DNA of 64,000 bases from Kiritimatiellia bacterium (GTDB lineage Bacteria > Verrucomicrobiota > Kiritimatiellia > RFP12 > UBA1067). Positions 10,447-20,197 of this stretch are shown here, piece by piece (position 1 is the stretch's first letter; each line of letters starts with the position of its first letter). Location: NCBI GenBank assembly GCA_041673345.1, contig JBAYXX010000003.1:23604-87603 (forward strand), read 5' to 3'. The position numbers were made by a program, and so were the translations under genes. The notes beneath the pieces were generated by a model. It saw only the letters and a list, made by a program, of their open reading frames with translations. It was not told the origin of the DNA and ran no database searches.

Positions 10447-10737
10447 ATGCATTGCGTATTGTTATCACGCGAGGCACGGCTTAAAATTGCAAAACATGCA
10501 TGGAATGTTGTTCCGCTGGAGGCGTTCGGCTTTCTGTTGGGAGATGCGGAGACGCAGCAAGTTCTCGTTGCGTTGCCTTGTTCGAAAACATCTGCGTGGG
10601 GAAAGTTTGATGACCGCTGGAACGGCATTGTTGAATCAATACCACTTGCTGAAAAAACGGCAAACGAATACGGTCTTTCTGTTGCGGGTTTTTATGGCTC
10701 TGCCGATTTTGACTTTACTCCCGGCATCGATATTTAA
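10447..10737 (+). CDS. Short JAB/MPN-like protein lacking the JAMM metal-binding motif (possibly degenerate/truncated)
   Basis: N-terminal half resembles prokaryotic MPN fold (PLEAFGFLLGD..). HxHx7SxxD positions read GSADFDF. Only 96 aa. Confidence 0.3.
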   Translation: MHCVLLSREARLKIAKHAWNVVPLEAFGFLLGDAETQQVLVALPCSKTSAWGKFDDRWNGIVESIPLAEKTANEYGLSVAGFYGSADFDFTPGIDI

Positions 10738-10834
10738 ATTGCAGATTTTGTTCACAAATACCTATGGATATGGCATCATTCAGGGGTGTTGAAAGCTATG
10801 CAGCAGCTTTTTTCAGGTCGAGCTCGCAGCTCTC

Positions 10835-10888
10835 GACCTGTAGCTCCGATTTCCAATCGGACATGTCCGGTTGGAAACCGGACCTACG
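10835..10888. repeat. REP-like double-hairpin palindromic element (module A), copy 1
   Basis: GTAG..TCCGATTTCCAATCGGAC-ATG-TCCGGTTGGAAACCGGACCTAC. Near-identical copies at 20571-20619, 37748-37795, 43903-43950 and 46376-46423. Confidence 0.8.
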
Positions 10889-11010
10889 TTAGATACAGCT
10901 CGACAGATAATCCCGCTTATGCGGCTGAATCGCAGCAATTTTGCAGATAACAGGAGTTTTGAACGCCCACAATTGAATTTAAGGGGAAGCAGTTTGTCCA
11001 TTCACACCAT

Positions 11011-11712
11011 TTGAGTGTGCCCTTCCGCGAGCGGGTAGTTGATGCAAAGAGGTCTTTGCCCGCCAAAGGCGGCAAACCCTCGCTCTCTGACAATCTGATT
11101 ATCCACGGCGACAATTTGGAGGCTCTGAAAGCCCTGCTGACAACCCATGCCGGTAAAATGGATTGCATCTTCATCGATCCGCCCTACAACACCGGTAACG
11201 AGGGCTGGTGCTATAATGATAACGTTCGCTCCCCATTGATGAAAGAGTGGCTTAAGAAATCCGCCAACCCCGTCGATAAAGAGGATCTTGAACGCCATGA
11301 TAAGTGGCTCTGTATGATGTGGCCGCGAACCAGAAAGATGGCGGCAACCGGCGGTTTATTCTGGTGGAGTGTGAGGATTACCAAGGAGATCAAAGAGGGC
11401 GTTCTGAAGGTTATCGGCGAGCGCACGGTGGAGGAAACCGCGCCGGGGCTGGGCGGCAGCTTCACCTTCTGCGAACTGGGTGCCCCCATGCGGATTGAGA
11501 GTCTGCTCAGCGGCAAAGATATGCCGGGTTACGAAGCGCTGGCGCGCTATGTCTTTTACACGGCCACAGGGCACTCGCTGGATAAAAACACAGCGTGGTA
11601 TCTGGACGGAAGGAGCACCGTACATTGGTGGCATCGGATTGCTGTTCATCAGCAATCCTACGGGTTGCAGGGGTGGCAGCGTAACCGTAAACAGCCACTC
11701 AGACCGCAATAG
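11011..11712 (+). pseudogene. Remnant of a type III (beta-class) restriction-modification DNA methyltransferase (Mod), truncated and frameshifted
   Basis: IFIDPPYNTGNEGW motif IV and ..HDKWLCMMWPR. The homologous reading then jumps frame (frame 3: ..GGNRRFILVECEDYQ..). Total span is about 0.7 kb versus about 1.9 kb expected. No cognate Res gene. Confidence 0.6.
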
Positions 11713-11939
11713 CTGCGGCTAAATAACGGTTGATCATCGAAAATGGCGTGAAAGGGTTATAGAGACCGTATGTGAAGTCTTCGGTGTGAGAGAGGTGGTT
11801 GTCTATACTCGGCAACGCGACAGCTTGGTCTGGTCTGTGGCAGCGAAGATGCTCTACAAGTTCGCCAGTTTGACTCAGCGCGCAGTCGCAGTGGGATTTG
11901 GATCAAGATGGAATTTCAGACAAAAGGAAGTGAAAAAAA

Positions 11940-12320
11940 GTGGCACATCAGCGATTTACAAAAAGTAGCACAGGCGTCTCGCCTGTGTTGGTTGTGGAGT
12001 TCACAGATGAGACAGTTGAAGCTGTGGTTACACCCGGCCTGGAGGGCGTTTACCAATGGATATGGCTGAATAACGGAGCTGTATCCGCTCCGGCCGCAAG
12101 GTTGACCAATATCTCATGGGCGGGCGGGGGTGCTGAGGCCGGCCTTGTAATCAGCTTCCATCCAACCGGTGCAGCTTGGGCCTCTTTTGGGTCAGACACC
12201 ATCCACAGATGTATCTATGCGAATGATCCGGAAAGTGAAGATGATGACGAAGACGGCGTGCTGGATCTATACGACACTGACGGCGTGAGCGGCGATGATG
12301 ACTTCATAAAAATCTATCCG
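11940..12320 (+). CDS. Hypothetical ORF with acidic D-rich Ca-binding-like tail; possibly a remnant
   Basis: ORF only. DDDEDGVLDLYDTDGVSGDDDF motif. 3' part overlaps an antisense transposase-like fragment. Confidence 0.2.
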
Positions 12321-12338
12321 TTTTCACCTATAAGTCTG

Positions 12339-12509
12339 CTCCATGTATTCAGCGAGCAAACGATTCTCAATACCTGTCCGAACAAGATAATCATCTATCT
12401 GCTCTATCGTTGCGCGAAACACCTGATAATCTTTTGCGCCGAAGACGGTCGGTAATACTGGACGAAACTCCGGCTGAAATGCTAATCTTGACATGTATCT
12501 TTCCCCCAT
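12339..12509 (-). pseudogene. Orphan N-terminal fragment resembling an IS1182/IS5-group transposase
   Basis: MSRLAFQPEFRPVLPTVFGAKDYQVFRATIEQIDDYLV resembles the conserved N-terminal domain of IS1182-family transposases. Only 56 codons, no DDE domain follows. Confidence 0.3.
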
Positions 12510-12811
12510 TTTGGTTGATGAGGTTATTATAAGATACTTCTTTCCGACAAGGGAGGCAAAAATGCCTCTTTTGATCGGAAATTTGCCACCTTAACACCTT
12601 AAGCATGAAACTGTTGCAAAATTGGAACAGGCTCTATGTAGTCCACGCTTTAGCGTGTCTTCGGCCATAGTTAGAATTGCAAATTTTTTGAGAGCAACAG
12701 TGACAATGTCCCGATAAAATGGTATGTTTAAGAACAAATCGTAGAACGGTTTGACCGAAGAAGTGATTGGTGTTCAAAGGGTGATTGTTTAATTCAAACA
12801 AAGGAGACATC

Positions 12812-13395
12812 ATGCAATACAGAGAGTTGGGCAATTCAAATATTGCAGAGACCATGGCTTGTTTGATATCACTGCGTGATGAGGGCAAGATTCGTGAAAT
12901 CGGCGTTTCTAACTGCACACCTGGGCAGATGGATGAGTATCTCGCCGCAGGTGTGATCGTGAGCAACCAGCCGCGTTATAGCATGCTTGACCGGAAGATC
13001 GAAAAGGAGTTGTTGCCCTACTGCCGCAAGCACGATCTGGCAGTGCTGGCCTACTCCCCGTTGGAACAAGGACTTCTGACCGGCAAGATCGGCATGGAGA
13101 CGAGCATTGATCCTGAGTCATTCCGCAACAAACTCTCTTGGTTTGCGCCAGAAAAACGCAGGCTTGTTATAAAACTACTCTCAGAGTGGGAAGTGCTGAC
13201 ATAACAGTACGACTGTACGCTTGCGCAACTGGTGATTGCTTGGACAATCGCGCAGCCCAGTGTAACGGTCGCACTTTGCGGTGCTAGAAAGAGTGAGAAC
13301 GCGCTCGAAAACGCCGGTGCTGGTGCTTTGAAGATCACACCCGACGACCTTGCACGCATGCGGCGTGAAATTGAGGCGATTGCGCCGCCTGAATA
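12812..13395 (+). pseudogene. Aldo/keto reductase pseudogene (about 100-codon in-frame internal deletion plus in-frame TAA stop)
   Basis: AKR N-terminus MQYRELGNSNI.. is joined directly to ..LRDEGKIREIGVSN.. (middle of fold). In-frame stop at 13202-13204. AKR C-terminus continues in the same frame (..QYDCTLAQLVIAWTIAQPSVTVALCGARKSENALEN..). Confidence 0.65.
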
Positions 13396-13497
13396 GCGAT
13401 ATTGAAAATTATGATAATTGTGCTTGATGCTGATTGGGAAAAGCGGTATATTCATTAAATAAATAAATAGAGGGTTTTACCGAAAGGAGTCGAAGAA

Positions 13498-14454
13498 ATG
13501 TTCAAACAAGGTTTTTTGCTTATTGGATTTGGAATGATCGCGGCGGTTATGAGAGCTGACATCACAGTCAACGAGACAGCTGGAGTTGTGCGTGTGGAGA
13601 TCAATGGCACCCAGTTTGCGGATTATAACTACAGGGATGTTGCGCGACCGTATTTGTATCCGGTCTTCGGCCCAACAGGGATACCGATGACGCGTGACTG
13701 GCCGATGGCGGAGAATCCCAATGACTCCAAAGACCACGTCCACCACAAAGGTCTATGGTATGCGCACGGGGACATTAATGGCGTGAATTTCTGGTCTGAA
13801 CAGAAGGGCTTCGGCAAGACTCGGCATAAGAAGTTTATCACGCTCAAGTCGGGCAAGTACGAAGGCGTGATCAGCTCGCTCAACGACTGGGTGGCCCCTA
13901 GCGGCACCGTGATCTGTACTGACGAGCGCCTGCTTCGTTTCCGCTCCGACGGTAGTGCTGTGCGTAGCATCGACTATGAGATTACACTGATCGCGTCACA
14001 CGGCGATTTGGTCATTGGCGACACAAAAGAGGGCAGCATGTCGATCCGCGTGCCATCGACGATGACCGTGAACGGCAAGAATGGAAAAGGGCATATCGTC
14101 ACTAGCGAAGGCTTGCGAGACGGAAAGACTTGGGGTAAGGCGGCAGCATGGGTTGATTACTGGGGGCCGGTGCAGAACCAAACGGTTGGCATAGCGGTTT
14201 TCGACCATCCCTCTAATCCGCGCCATCCGACACGTTGGCACGTTCGCACATACGGTCTTTTCGCCGCAAACCCCTTCGGATTACATCACTTTGATAATCA
14301 GGCGGGCAGCCCCGGCGACCTGAAAATTTCCGCTGGCGGCCATGTCACCTTCCGCTATCGCTTCGTATTTCACACCGGCGATGACCAGCAGGCCGGAATC
14401 GCCACTTTATATAAGGCGTATTGCGACAGCGGATCGGGTGTGCCTGCAAAATAA
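13498..14454 (+). CDS. PmoA-like family protein (DUF6807), secreted
   Basis: Signal peptide. DHVHHKGLWYAHGD.. and overall pattern typical of the PmoA-like/DUF6807 family common in PVC-group bacteria. Confidence 0.55.
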   Translation: MFKQGFLLIGFGMIAAVMRADITVNETAGVVRVEINGTQFADYNYRDVARPYLYPVFGPTGIPMTRDWPMAENPNDSKDHVHHKGLWYAHGDINGVNFWSEQKGFGKTRHKKFITLKSGKYEGVISSLNDWVAPSGTVICTDERLLRFRSDGSAVRSIDYEITLIASHGDLVIGDTKEGSMSIRVPSTMTVNGKNGKGHIVTSEGLRDGKTWGKAAAWVDYWGPVQNQTVGIAVFDHPSNPRHPTRWHVRTYGLFAANPFGLHHFDNQAGSPGDLKISAGGHVTFRYRFVFHTGDDQQAGIATLYKAYCDSGSGVPAK

Positions 14455-14459
14455 AATAA

Positions 14460-14590
14460 AACGGAACGGAACGGCTTTTAAAGCCGCGTTTCTGAATGTG
14501 CTCGGGCTGGCATCTCTCCAACAGAACCTTAAAAAGGTAGGCACAGTGAGCGTGGACGGCACTAAAATCAATGCATTAGCAGACGGTTAG
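14460..14590 (+). pseudogene. Orphan C-terminal fragment of an IS1182-like DDE transposase
   Basis: ..AAFLNVLGLASLQQNLKKVGTVSVDGTKINALADG resembles the (V/A)xxDGTKIKANAS DDE region. About 40 codons. Confidence 0.3.
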
Positions 14591-14744
14591 ACTTTTAAGT
14601 CCGACAGCCTGCTAGGCCTTCGCGGTTACAAAATTTCTAATATTTTTCGAGGGTAAGGACAGTTTCTCATTTTTTTTGTTTTTCCGTCATATTTTACTTG
14701 CCGGCACTCTTCATTTATGATAATGAAACAATATAAAAAGGAGT

Positions 14745-16199
14745 GTGATTATGAATAGGTACTGTTTATTTGTTGTGGTTGCGCTTGGGGCGCAATCGGC
14801 GTTGACTCAAAATCTCCCCAAAATTCAAAGTTTTGAAAGCACAGCCACCGACAACTGGAGCTTTAGCACCAACCCCCCCGCCTACAATGCCAACAACGAT
14901 GTGTGGGATCGTGTCAGCGATGGCGGCCAGTATTTTTCAGCTGCGCCGGATGGCTCTTACTTCTGGAAATTTTACGATATCGACGAGATACCAGGCATAC
15001 CCGAGGACAAAGTCTGCCATCTGACCTTCGAGACCGTTGATCTAGCGTCTGAGGAGGAATGCACCGTCAGCTTTGATTACTGTAACCGTGGACTGGATAA
15101 GGAAGACTACATGTCATATACCCTTGCTTTTGACAACAGCAATGGCTGGACAAGCGCCAGTGAGGTGGTGTTGCCAAAGCACGACGACAGTGTTTCCACT
15201 TGGTTCACCGTTCACACTTCCGTACCTGCGGAGGCGCAATATTGCCGTCTGCGGCTCTCAGCCAAGGCGAATTTTTCCGCGGACTGCGGTGGTTTTGACA
15301 ATATCCAATTGAAGGAGGGTGTCGTCAAGCAGCCCCAAATGACAATCGTAAGCCCGGTGAATGGTGCCTTTTTCGAAAACTCGGCCTCCAACGTAACCAT
15401 TGTTGGAACATCAACCAATCTGGTTGGGGTTATGGTGTGGAGTAACACCATGAACAGCGTCTCCGGCGCCATCGCGGCGAGCAGTGAATGGAGCATCGCA
15501 TCCCTGCCGCTAGGGGAGGGCCAGAATAAGATCTCCCTAACCGCGACCAATGCGACTGGTCTGAAAGCGGTTGTAGAGCTCTCACTCCTGCGCGGCCGCG
15601 TATTGGCTATGGATGCGCTGGGAAGAATAGTCTTTGTCGCCTTTAACAGCGCTGGCGACTCTTTTGCGTTTGTTGCACTTAAAGAACTTCCCGCAGGAGT
15701 GGTACTTCTTTTCACAGATAACACATGGAACGGAGCAGATTTTGGTTCAACCGAAGACAATCTTGTGTGGAGCAACAGTGTTGCGACAGCTGCGGGTACG
15801 GTGGTTATCTGTTACAACTGCCACGACTCCAAAATAATCAGTAACAACCTGGGCGTGGTGGTGAGTGGAAAGCTAAATCTTGCGCAGGATGGCGAGGAGA
15901 TCTATGCTTACTGCGGCAGTGTACGTCAACCAACCGCCTTTCTGGCGTCGATCAGCACTGCGAACTCAAACTTAAAAGGCACTGGACTGGTTTATGGTGA
16001 GACAGCGGTTGCGATTTCCAAGACTCCTGCAAGTCAATATTATCACGGTGCGCGTTGCACACAGAAGCAATGGTGCGACTACCTGCCGCTGATCAACAGT
16101 GCGGCCAACTGGTCGAAGACCGCCGACGCGACTGAGAGCTGGGGTGATGCGACAAGGTTTACGAGGGTGATTACGGCAACGGTGATTATGATTCAGTAG
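14745..16199 (+). CDS. Hypothetical secreted protein
   Basis: Signal peptide (MNRYCLFVVVALGAQSA). No recognisable domain. Confidence 0.5.
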   Translation: MIMNRYCLFVVVALGAQSALTQNLPKIQSFESTATDNWSFSTNPPAYNANNDVWDRVSDGGQYFSAAPDGSYFWKFYDIDEIPGIPEDKVCHLTFETVDLASEEECTVSFDYCNRGLDKEDYMSYTLAFDNSNGWTSASEVVLPKHDDSVSTWFTVHTSVPAEAQYCRLRLSAKANFSADCGGFDNIQLKEGVVKQPQMTIVSPVNGAFFENSASNVTIVGTSTNLVGVMVWSNTMNSVSGAIAASSEWSIASLPLGEGQNKISLTATNATGLKAVVELSLLRGRVLAMDALGRIVFVAFNSAGDSFAFVALKELPAGVVLLFTDNTWNGADFGSTEDNLVWSNSVATAAGTVVICYNCHDSKIISNNLGVVVSGKLNLAQDGEEIYAYCGSVRQPTAFLASISTANSNLKGTGLVYGETAVAISKTPASQYYHGARCTQKQWCDYLPLINSAANWSKTADATESWGDATRFTRVITATVIMIQ

Positions 16200-16497
16200 C
16201 GTCCCGTAAGGGGCTAGATCCGCGCACTGGGCGCGGAGAGGAGAGTGGTGAGTTTTTTGACTCGAACTTTGTCTCGCACTTAGTCTGGCTTGACAAGGTG
16301 TGAGACAAGGTGCGAGACAAGGAAGTCTTTCGCTATATGGGTGACTGCGGTGGTATGCGAATGATCAGGTTGCGCACTCTGGTCAGCCGCGCCTTTGGTT
16401 TACGATAACGGCGACGATGATGGTTGACGATTTTAAAGGACGGAATTTTTAATCGTAATCCGCTATCGCATGCCACGTCGAACGACTGGAAGGCGGG

Positions 16498-17016
16498 TCA
16501 TTCATCATCGTTAACCAAAGCCGCTCTGTGAGCGGCGCAGGTACTGGCTGCAGCGAGGGAGCCTGAGGCGAAAGCCCATGCGAGATTGTAACCTCCGCAG
16601 GGGCCGTCAACATCGACCACCTCACCGGCACAATATAGGTTTGAGATTGAGCGGCAGGCCAGTGTGCGCGGGTCCAGCTCCTGAACCGCCAGGCCTCCGC
16701 GGGTCAGCGTCGCCTTATCCCAGCCATCAGGCTGCACAATGGTCGGAACCCCCCTTCTAGCAAAGAAAGCGCGAATTTGTGATGGGGAAAAGTGATAAAT
16801 CGCTGGGGCGGCAAAGCTGGAGTTGCGCCCGAAGCTGTGAATCATCTCCCGTGGCGAGCACTCGTGAGTAAGATTACAGCTGCCATCGCCAGTTGCAAGC
16901 AGTTTGCGACCCGGCGATGCCAGCCGTTCCAGCATCAGAGCTGGTCTTGAACAAAAACAGGCCGCCGATAAATCGGCGGCCCCTGCTCCAATAATTAAAG
17001 TGTGCGGCGAACTCAT
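16498..17016 (-). pseudogene. HI0933/BaiN-like FAD flavoprotein with central ~230-aa in-frame deletion
   Basis: N-terminal FAD motif (LIIGAGAADLSAA..GRKLLATGDGSCNLTH) is fused to C-terminal signature (TLTRGGLAVQELDPRTL..LYCAGEVVDVDGPCGGYNLAWAFASG). 172 aa versus about 400 expected. Confidence 0.5.
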
Positions 17017-17486
17017 TAAAGTTGCTGTTCTTCAGCCAGCAGACTCTGCATACGGTTGACTGTGGCAACTAACTCATTGTTTTGTTTGAGCATCGTTTGA
17101 CATAGTGTGACCAGCTCCGCACAGCGGTGAAGGGTTGTGATACGCGATTTCTCCAGCTCTTTGCGGCGCAGTTTCAGACTGTCAATGCTCTCATCCAGAG
17201 TTGTGATGCGCTGCTCCGCCTTGAGTAACATGCGCCGTGTCTGAAAAAGCTGCGTGAGAACCTCGCCTGCGGAGAGATCCAGATCATCAATAATCATCTC
17301 TGACGGAATAGGCACTGTGACAGCCTGCTTACATTCAACGCAATTGATCGTCAAACCAGCGGCACGATAGTCGATGACCAGACTATGATTGCAGTGAGGG
17401 CAATCAAATACTATGTCTGTTTCATGGATCTCTTCTTCACTTGTGTTACCAGAAGCAACAATTGTATTTGTTGAAGTATCTTGCAT
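17016..17486 (-). CDS. Hypothetical zinc-ribbon plus coiled-coil protein
   Basis: CPHCNH..x13..CVECKQ zinc-ribbon. C-terminal heptad-rich region. Start/stop coupled to downstream flavoprotein remnant. Confidence 0.45.
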   Translation of the reverse strand: MQDTSTNTIVASGNTSEEEIHETDIVFDCPHCNHSLVIDYRAAGLTINCVECKQAVTVPIPSEMIIDDLDLSAGEVLTQLFQTRRMLLKAEQRITTLDESIDSLKLRRKELEKSRITTLHRCAELVTLCQTMLKQNNELVATVNRMQSLLAEEQQL

Positions 17487-17557
17487 AACTGACTCCTTAC
17501 AAGCAACGGACGAGAGACGCGCGCATGATTAACCACAGGTTAAACCATCGGTCACAA

Positions 17558-17788
17558 TCAGGATTTGATAATTTTTCCAGCTTTAATGCAAGCTGCGCAA
17601 ACCTTCATGCGCGCGACACCACCAGTGCTCGTTTTAGCTCGAACCACTTTAATGTTCGGTAAAAACCGACGTTTTGAGATGCCTGTTGTATGTAAACCAA
17701 TGCCGCCTTTGTATTTGGCAAGACCGTGACGGACTATGGTATTTCCAGAACGCGGAGCTTTGCCGCATATTTCGCAAATTCTTGACAT
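17558..17788 (-). CDS. rpmB: 50S ribosomal protein L28
   Basis: MSRICEICGK...RRFLPN...VCAACIKAG is the L28 signature. Confidence 0.85.
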   Translation of the reverse strand: MSRICEICGKAPRSGNTIVRHGLAKYKGGIGLHTTGISKRRFLPNIKVVRAKTSTGGVARMKVCAACIKAGKIIKS

Positions 17789-18116
17789 AAATAACTCTCC
17801 TACTCGAAAAGGTAAAAATAATATCAGTTTTAGCCTCTCCGTTCAAGGCTAAACGCACTATTTATTTTACGCTTTCGAAACTAAATAATAATATAGTGAA
17901 TATTCACAAATTTCGCAAGCAAGAAATGACGTTTTGCGAAGTGCGGGCCGTGACCGCGGTTGGAGCGTTTTATTGGATTACTTTGAGAAAGTTTATTCGC
18001 CTGATTGAAACTGCGAAGAATAACCGCTATAGTAAATAGCTGTGAACTAAAAAAAGGTCAAAAAAAAATTCAGCATCAAACATAAATATCGCTGAGCATC
18101 GTACAGCCGATAATGC

Positions 18117-19079
18117 ATGCCTATGATTACACCATTATTAAAAGTTAAAAATCTTGAGATCGCATTCCATCGAGAGGGAGTGAAGAGCACTCCTGTGCGA
18201 TCACTCTCTCTTACAATTGCGCCGGGTGAGCGGGTGGCGATTGTGGGCGAGAGCGGCTGCGGCAAAAGCCTGACAGCGCTGGCGCTCACAGGACTTCCCC
18301 CCACTGACAGGGCCAGCGTTTCTGGGGAAATTGTCTTTGATGGACGAAAGATACAAACTCCGGCTGATATGCGAAGGATCCGCGGCAAAGACATTGCCTA
18401 TGTTTTTCAAGACCCTGGTGGTGCGCTCAATCCAGTGATGCGGGTGCGAGATCAGATCGCTGAATGCCTGCCGCGGCTCTACAAGGAGCCGCGGCGAGCA
18501 GTAACCCTTGATTTACTAACCCGCGCTGGGCTGTCTGATCCTTCGCGTGTTGCGGCGGCTTACCCCTGTGAATTGAGCGGCGGCCAGCAGCAAAGGGTGA
18601 TGCTGGCCATGGCGCTGGCTTCGCAGCCAAAATTGCTCGTCGCGGATGAGCCCACCACGGCGCTGGATGTGACCACCCAGCAGCAGGTGCTGAATTTGAT
18701 CGACGAACTGGCCATTGCCTCTGGCATGGCAGTGCTGCTGATCACCCACAATCTGGGGTTGGTGGCCGGCCATACCGCCAGAGTGCATGTGATGTATGCC
18801 GGTGTTGTGGTGGAATCAGGCGCAGTGCGGGATGTGTTGTCAACGCCGCTGCACCCTTATGCCAGCGGACTGCTGGCAGCTGTCCCCATGCTCGACACAC
18901 CGCGTAACAGTCAGTTGCGTGATATCCCCGGCACCGTGCCAGCCCCAGACAACTGGCCGCCCGGCTGCGCCTTTGCCCCTCGCTGTAGCCGCGCCACACC
19001 GCAGTGTGCCATGGAACAGCCGCCGCAGGAACAAAGAGGCACCCGTAACTTCCGCTGCTTCAACCCTGTACAAAGTTGA
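18117..19079 (+). CDS. Oligopeptide/dipeptide ABC transporter ATP-binding protein (OppD/DppD-like)
   Basis: Walker A GESGCGKS. ABC signature LSGGQQQRV. Walker B LLVADEPTTALD. Oligopeptide-type C-terminal extension. Confidence 0.85.
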   Translation: MPMITPLLKVKNLEIAFHREGVKSTPVRSLSLTIAPGERVAIVGESGCGKSLTALALTGLPPTDRASVSGEIVFDGRKIQTPADMRRIRGKDIAYVFQDPGGALNPVMRVRDQIAECLPRLYKEPRRAVTLDLLTRAGLSDPSRVAAAYPCELSGGQQQRVMLAMALASQPKLLVADEPTTALDVTTQQQVLNLIDELAIASGMAVLLITHNLGLVAGHTARVHVMYAGVVVESGAVRDVLSTPLHPYASGLLAAVPMLDTPRNSQLRDIPGTVPAPDNWPPGCAFAPRCSRATPQCAMEQPPQEQRGTRNFRCFNPVQS

Positions 19080-19897
19080 ACATGTCAAAAAAAAACAAAA
19101 AACCTATTTTAGAATTGAACGGCCTTTCAGTTGTTTACAAAAGGGTTGGCCGCCCAGCAATGCGCGCTGTTCACAAAGTTTCCCTCTCTCTGCTGGCGGG
19201 GGGTTCGCTTGGGATTGTTGGCGAAAGCGGCTGTGGCAAGACCTCGCTGGCCCGTGTTATTATGGGGCTGCACCTCCCGCATGAAGGGGCACTGCTCTTT
19301 GAGGGCAAGAGCATTGCGGCGTTTACTCATGCGGAGCGTGTTCGGTACAGGCGCAAGGTACAGATGATCTTTCAGGATGCAACGGGATCCCTCAATCCGC
19401 GCATGACTGTCCGGCAGAGCATTGAGGAGGTGCTCAGGGTGCACCGGATCTGCGTTCCCAAGGAGATCGAAAGCCGCGTGGACTCCCTGTTGGAGCGGGT
19501 GGCATTGTCAAAAAAGATATTGGATTCATATCCCCGTGAAATGAGCGGCGGGCAGTGTCAGCGCGTGAGTATCGCACGCTGCCTGGCCTTGGGTCCAGAG
19601 GTGATTATCGCGGATGAGCCTGTGAGCGCGCTGGATGTTTCGGTACAGGCGCGTATACTCAATCTTCTGCGTAGGTTGCAGCAGGAACTGAACTTGGCCC
19701 TGATTCTCATATCGCATGATCTCGCGGTGGTCAAACATGTCTGCGATGACGCAGTTGTTATGTACGCCGGCGAGTTTGTCGAGGCTGGCCGCACGCTTGA
19801 GGTGCTTGAAAACCCTCAGCATGCCTACACAAAGTCTCTGCTGGCAGCGGTCCCGGATGTCAAGCGGGAGCTGCAAAAACAGGTGCTGAGTATTTGA
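19076..19897 (+). CDS. Oligopeptide/dipeptide ABC transporter ATP-binding protein (OppF/DppF-like)
   Basis: GESGCGKTS, MSGGQCQRV, IIADEPVSALD. 4-bp overlap with upstream ATPase gene. Confidence 0.85.
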   Translation: MNMSKKNKKPILELNGLSVVYKRVGRPAMRAVHKVSLSLLAGGSLGIVGESGCGKTSLARVIMGLHLPHEGALLFEGKSIAAFTHAERVRYRRKVQMIFQDATGSLNPRMTVRQSIEEVLRVHRICVPKEIESRVDSLLERVALSKKILDSYPREMSGGQCQRVSIARCLALGPEVIIADEPVSALDVSVQARILNLLRRLQQELNLALILISHDLAVVKHVCDDAVVMYAGEFVEAGRTLEVLENPQHAYTKSLLAAVPDVKRELQKQVLSI

Positions 19898-19924
19898 AAA
19901 CAGCCAGCGTGTCGTTTCTTCTGA

Positions 19925-19967
19925 TTAGTCGCTTAGGCGACTAGAAAAAACAATTAATTGTTTTTTG
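19925..19967. terminator. Module E of the repeat family: perfect hairpin TAGTCGC-TTAG-GCGACTA followed by A6-CAATTAATTG-T6; probable bidirectional rho-independent terminator
   Basis: Hairpin followed by T-run on both strands. Sits immediately 3' of the oppF-like gene. Copies at 38005-38070 (inverted) and 46109-46155, also at gene 3' ends. Confidence 0.45.
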
Positions 19968-20001
19968 CAAAAAGTTGTCTATCGAACGTTTATAGGCGTT
20001 T

Positions 20002-20197
20002 AGTGTAGTAGTCGCTCTATGAGCGACACAGAGGTCAGTGTAGTAGTCGCTCTATGAGCGACACAGAGGTCAGTGTAGTAGTCGCTCTATGAGCGACACA
20101 GAGGTCAGTGTAGTAGTCGCTCTATGAGCGACACAGAGGTTGGTGTAGTAGTCGCTCTATGAGCGACACATGCCGCTCATAGAGCGGCTACTACACT
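20002..20197. repeat. Tandem array: 5 x 35-bp unit (AGTGTAGTAGTCGCTCTATGAGCGACACAGAGGTC), each with a perfect 7-bp-stem hairpin, ending in an inverted copy
   Basis: Period 35 bp at 20002, 20037, 20072, 20107, 20142. No unique spacers, so not CRISPR. Same 25-bp module (module D) at 30016-30200, 37939-37994 and 46191-46236. Confidence 0.9.

Noticed and set aside
10439-10792. 117-aa ORF overlapping the JAB-like ORF in another frame
   Set aside because: Arg/Cys-rich junk translation. The 10447..10737 frame is the more protein-like of the two.
20002-20197. Possible CRISPR array (regular 35-bp period, palindromic repeat)
   Set aside because: Units abut directly with no unique spacers. The related 72-bp units at 30016-30200 have conserved rather than variable inter-hairpin sequence. 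No cas genes in window.
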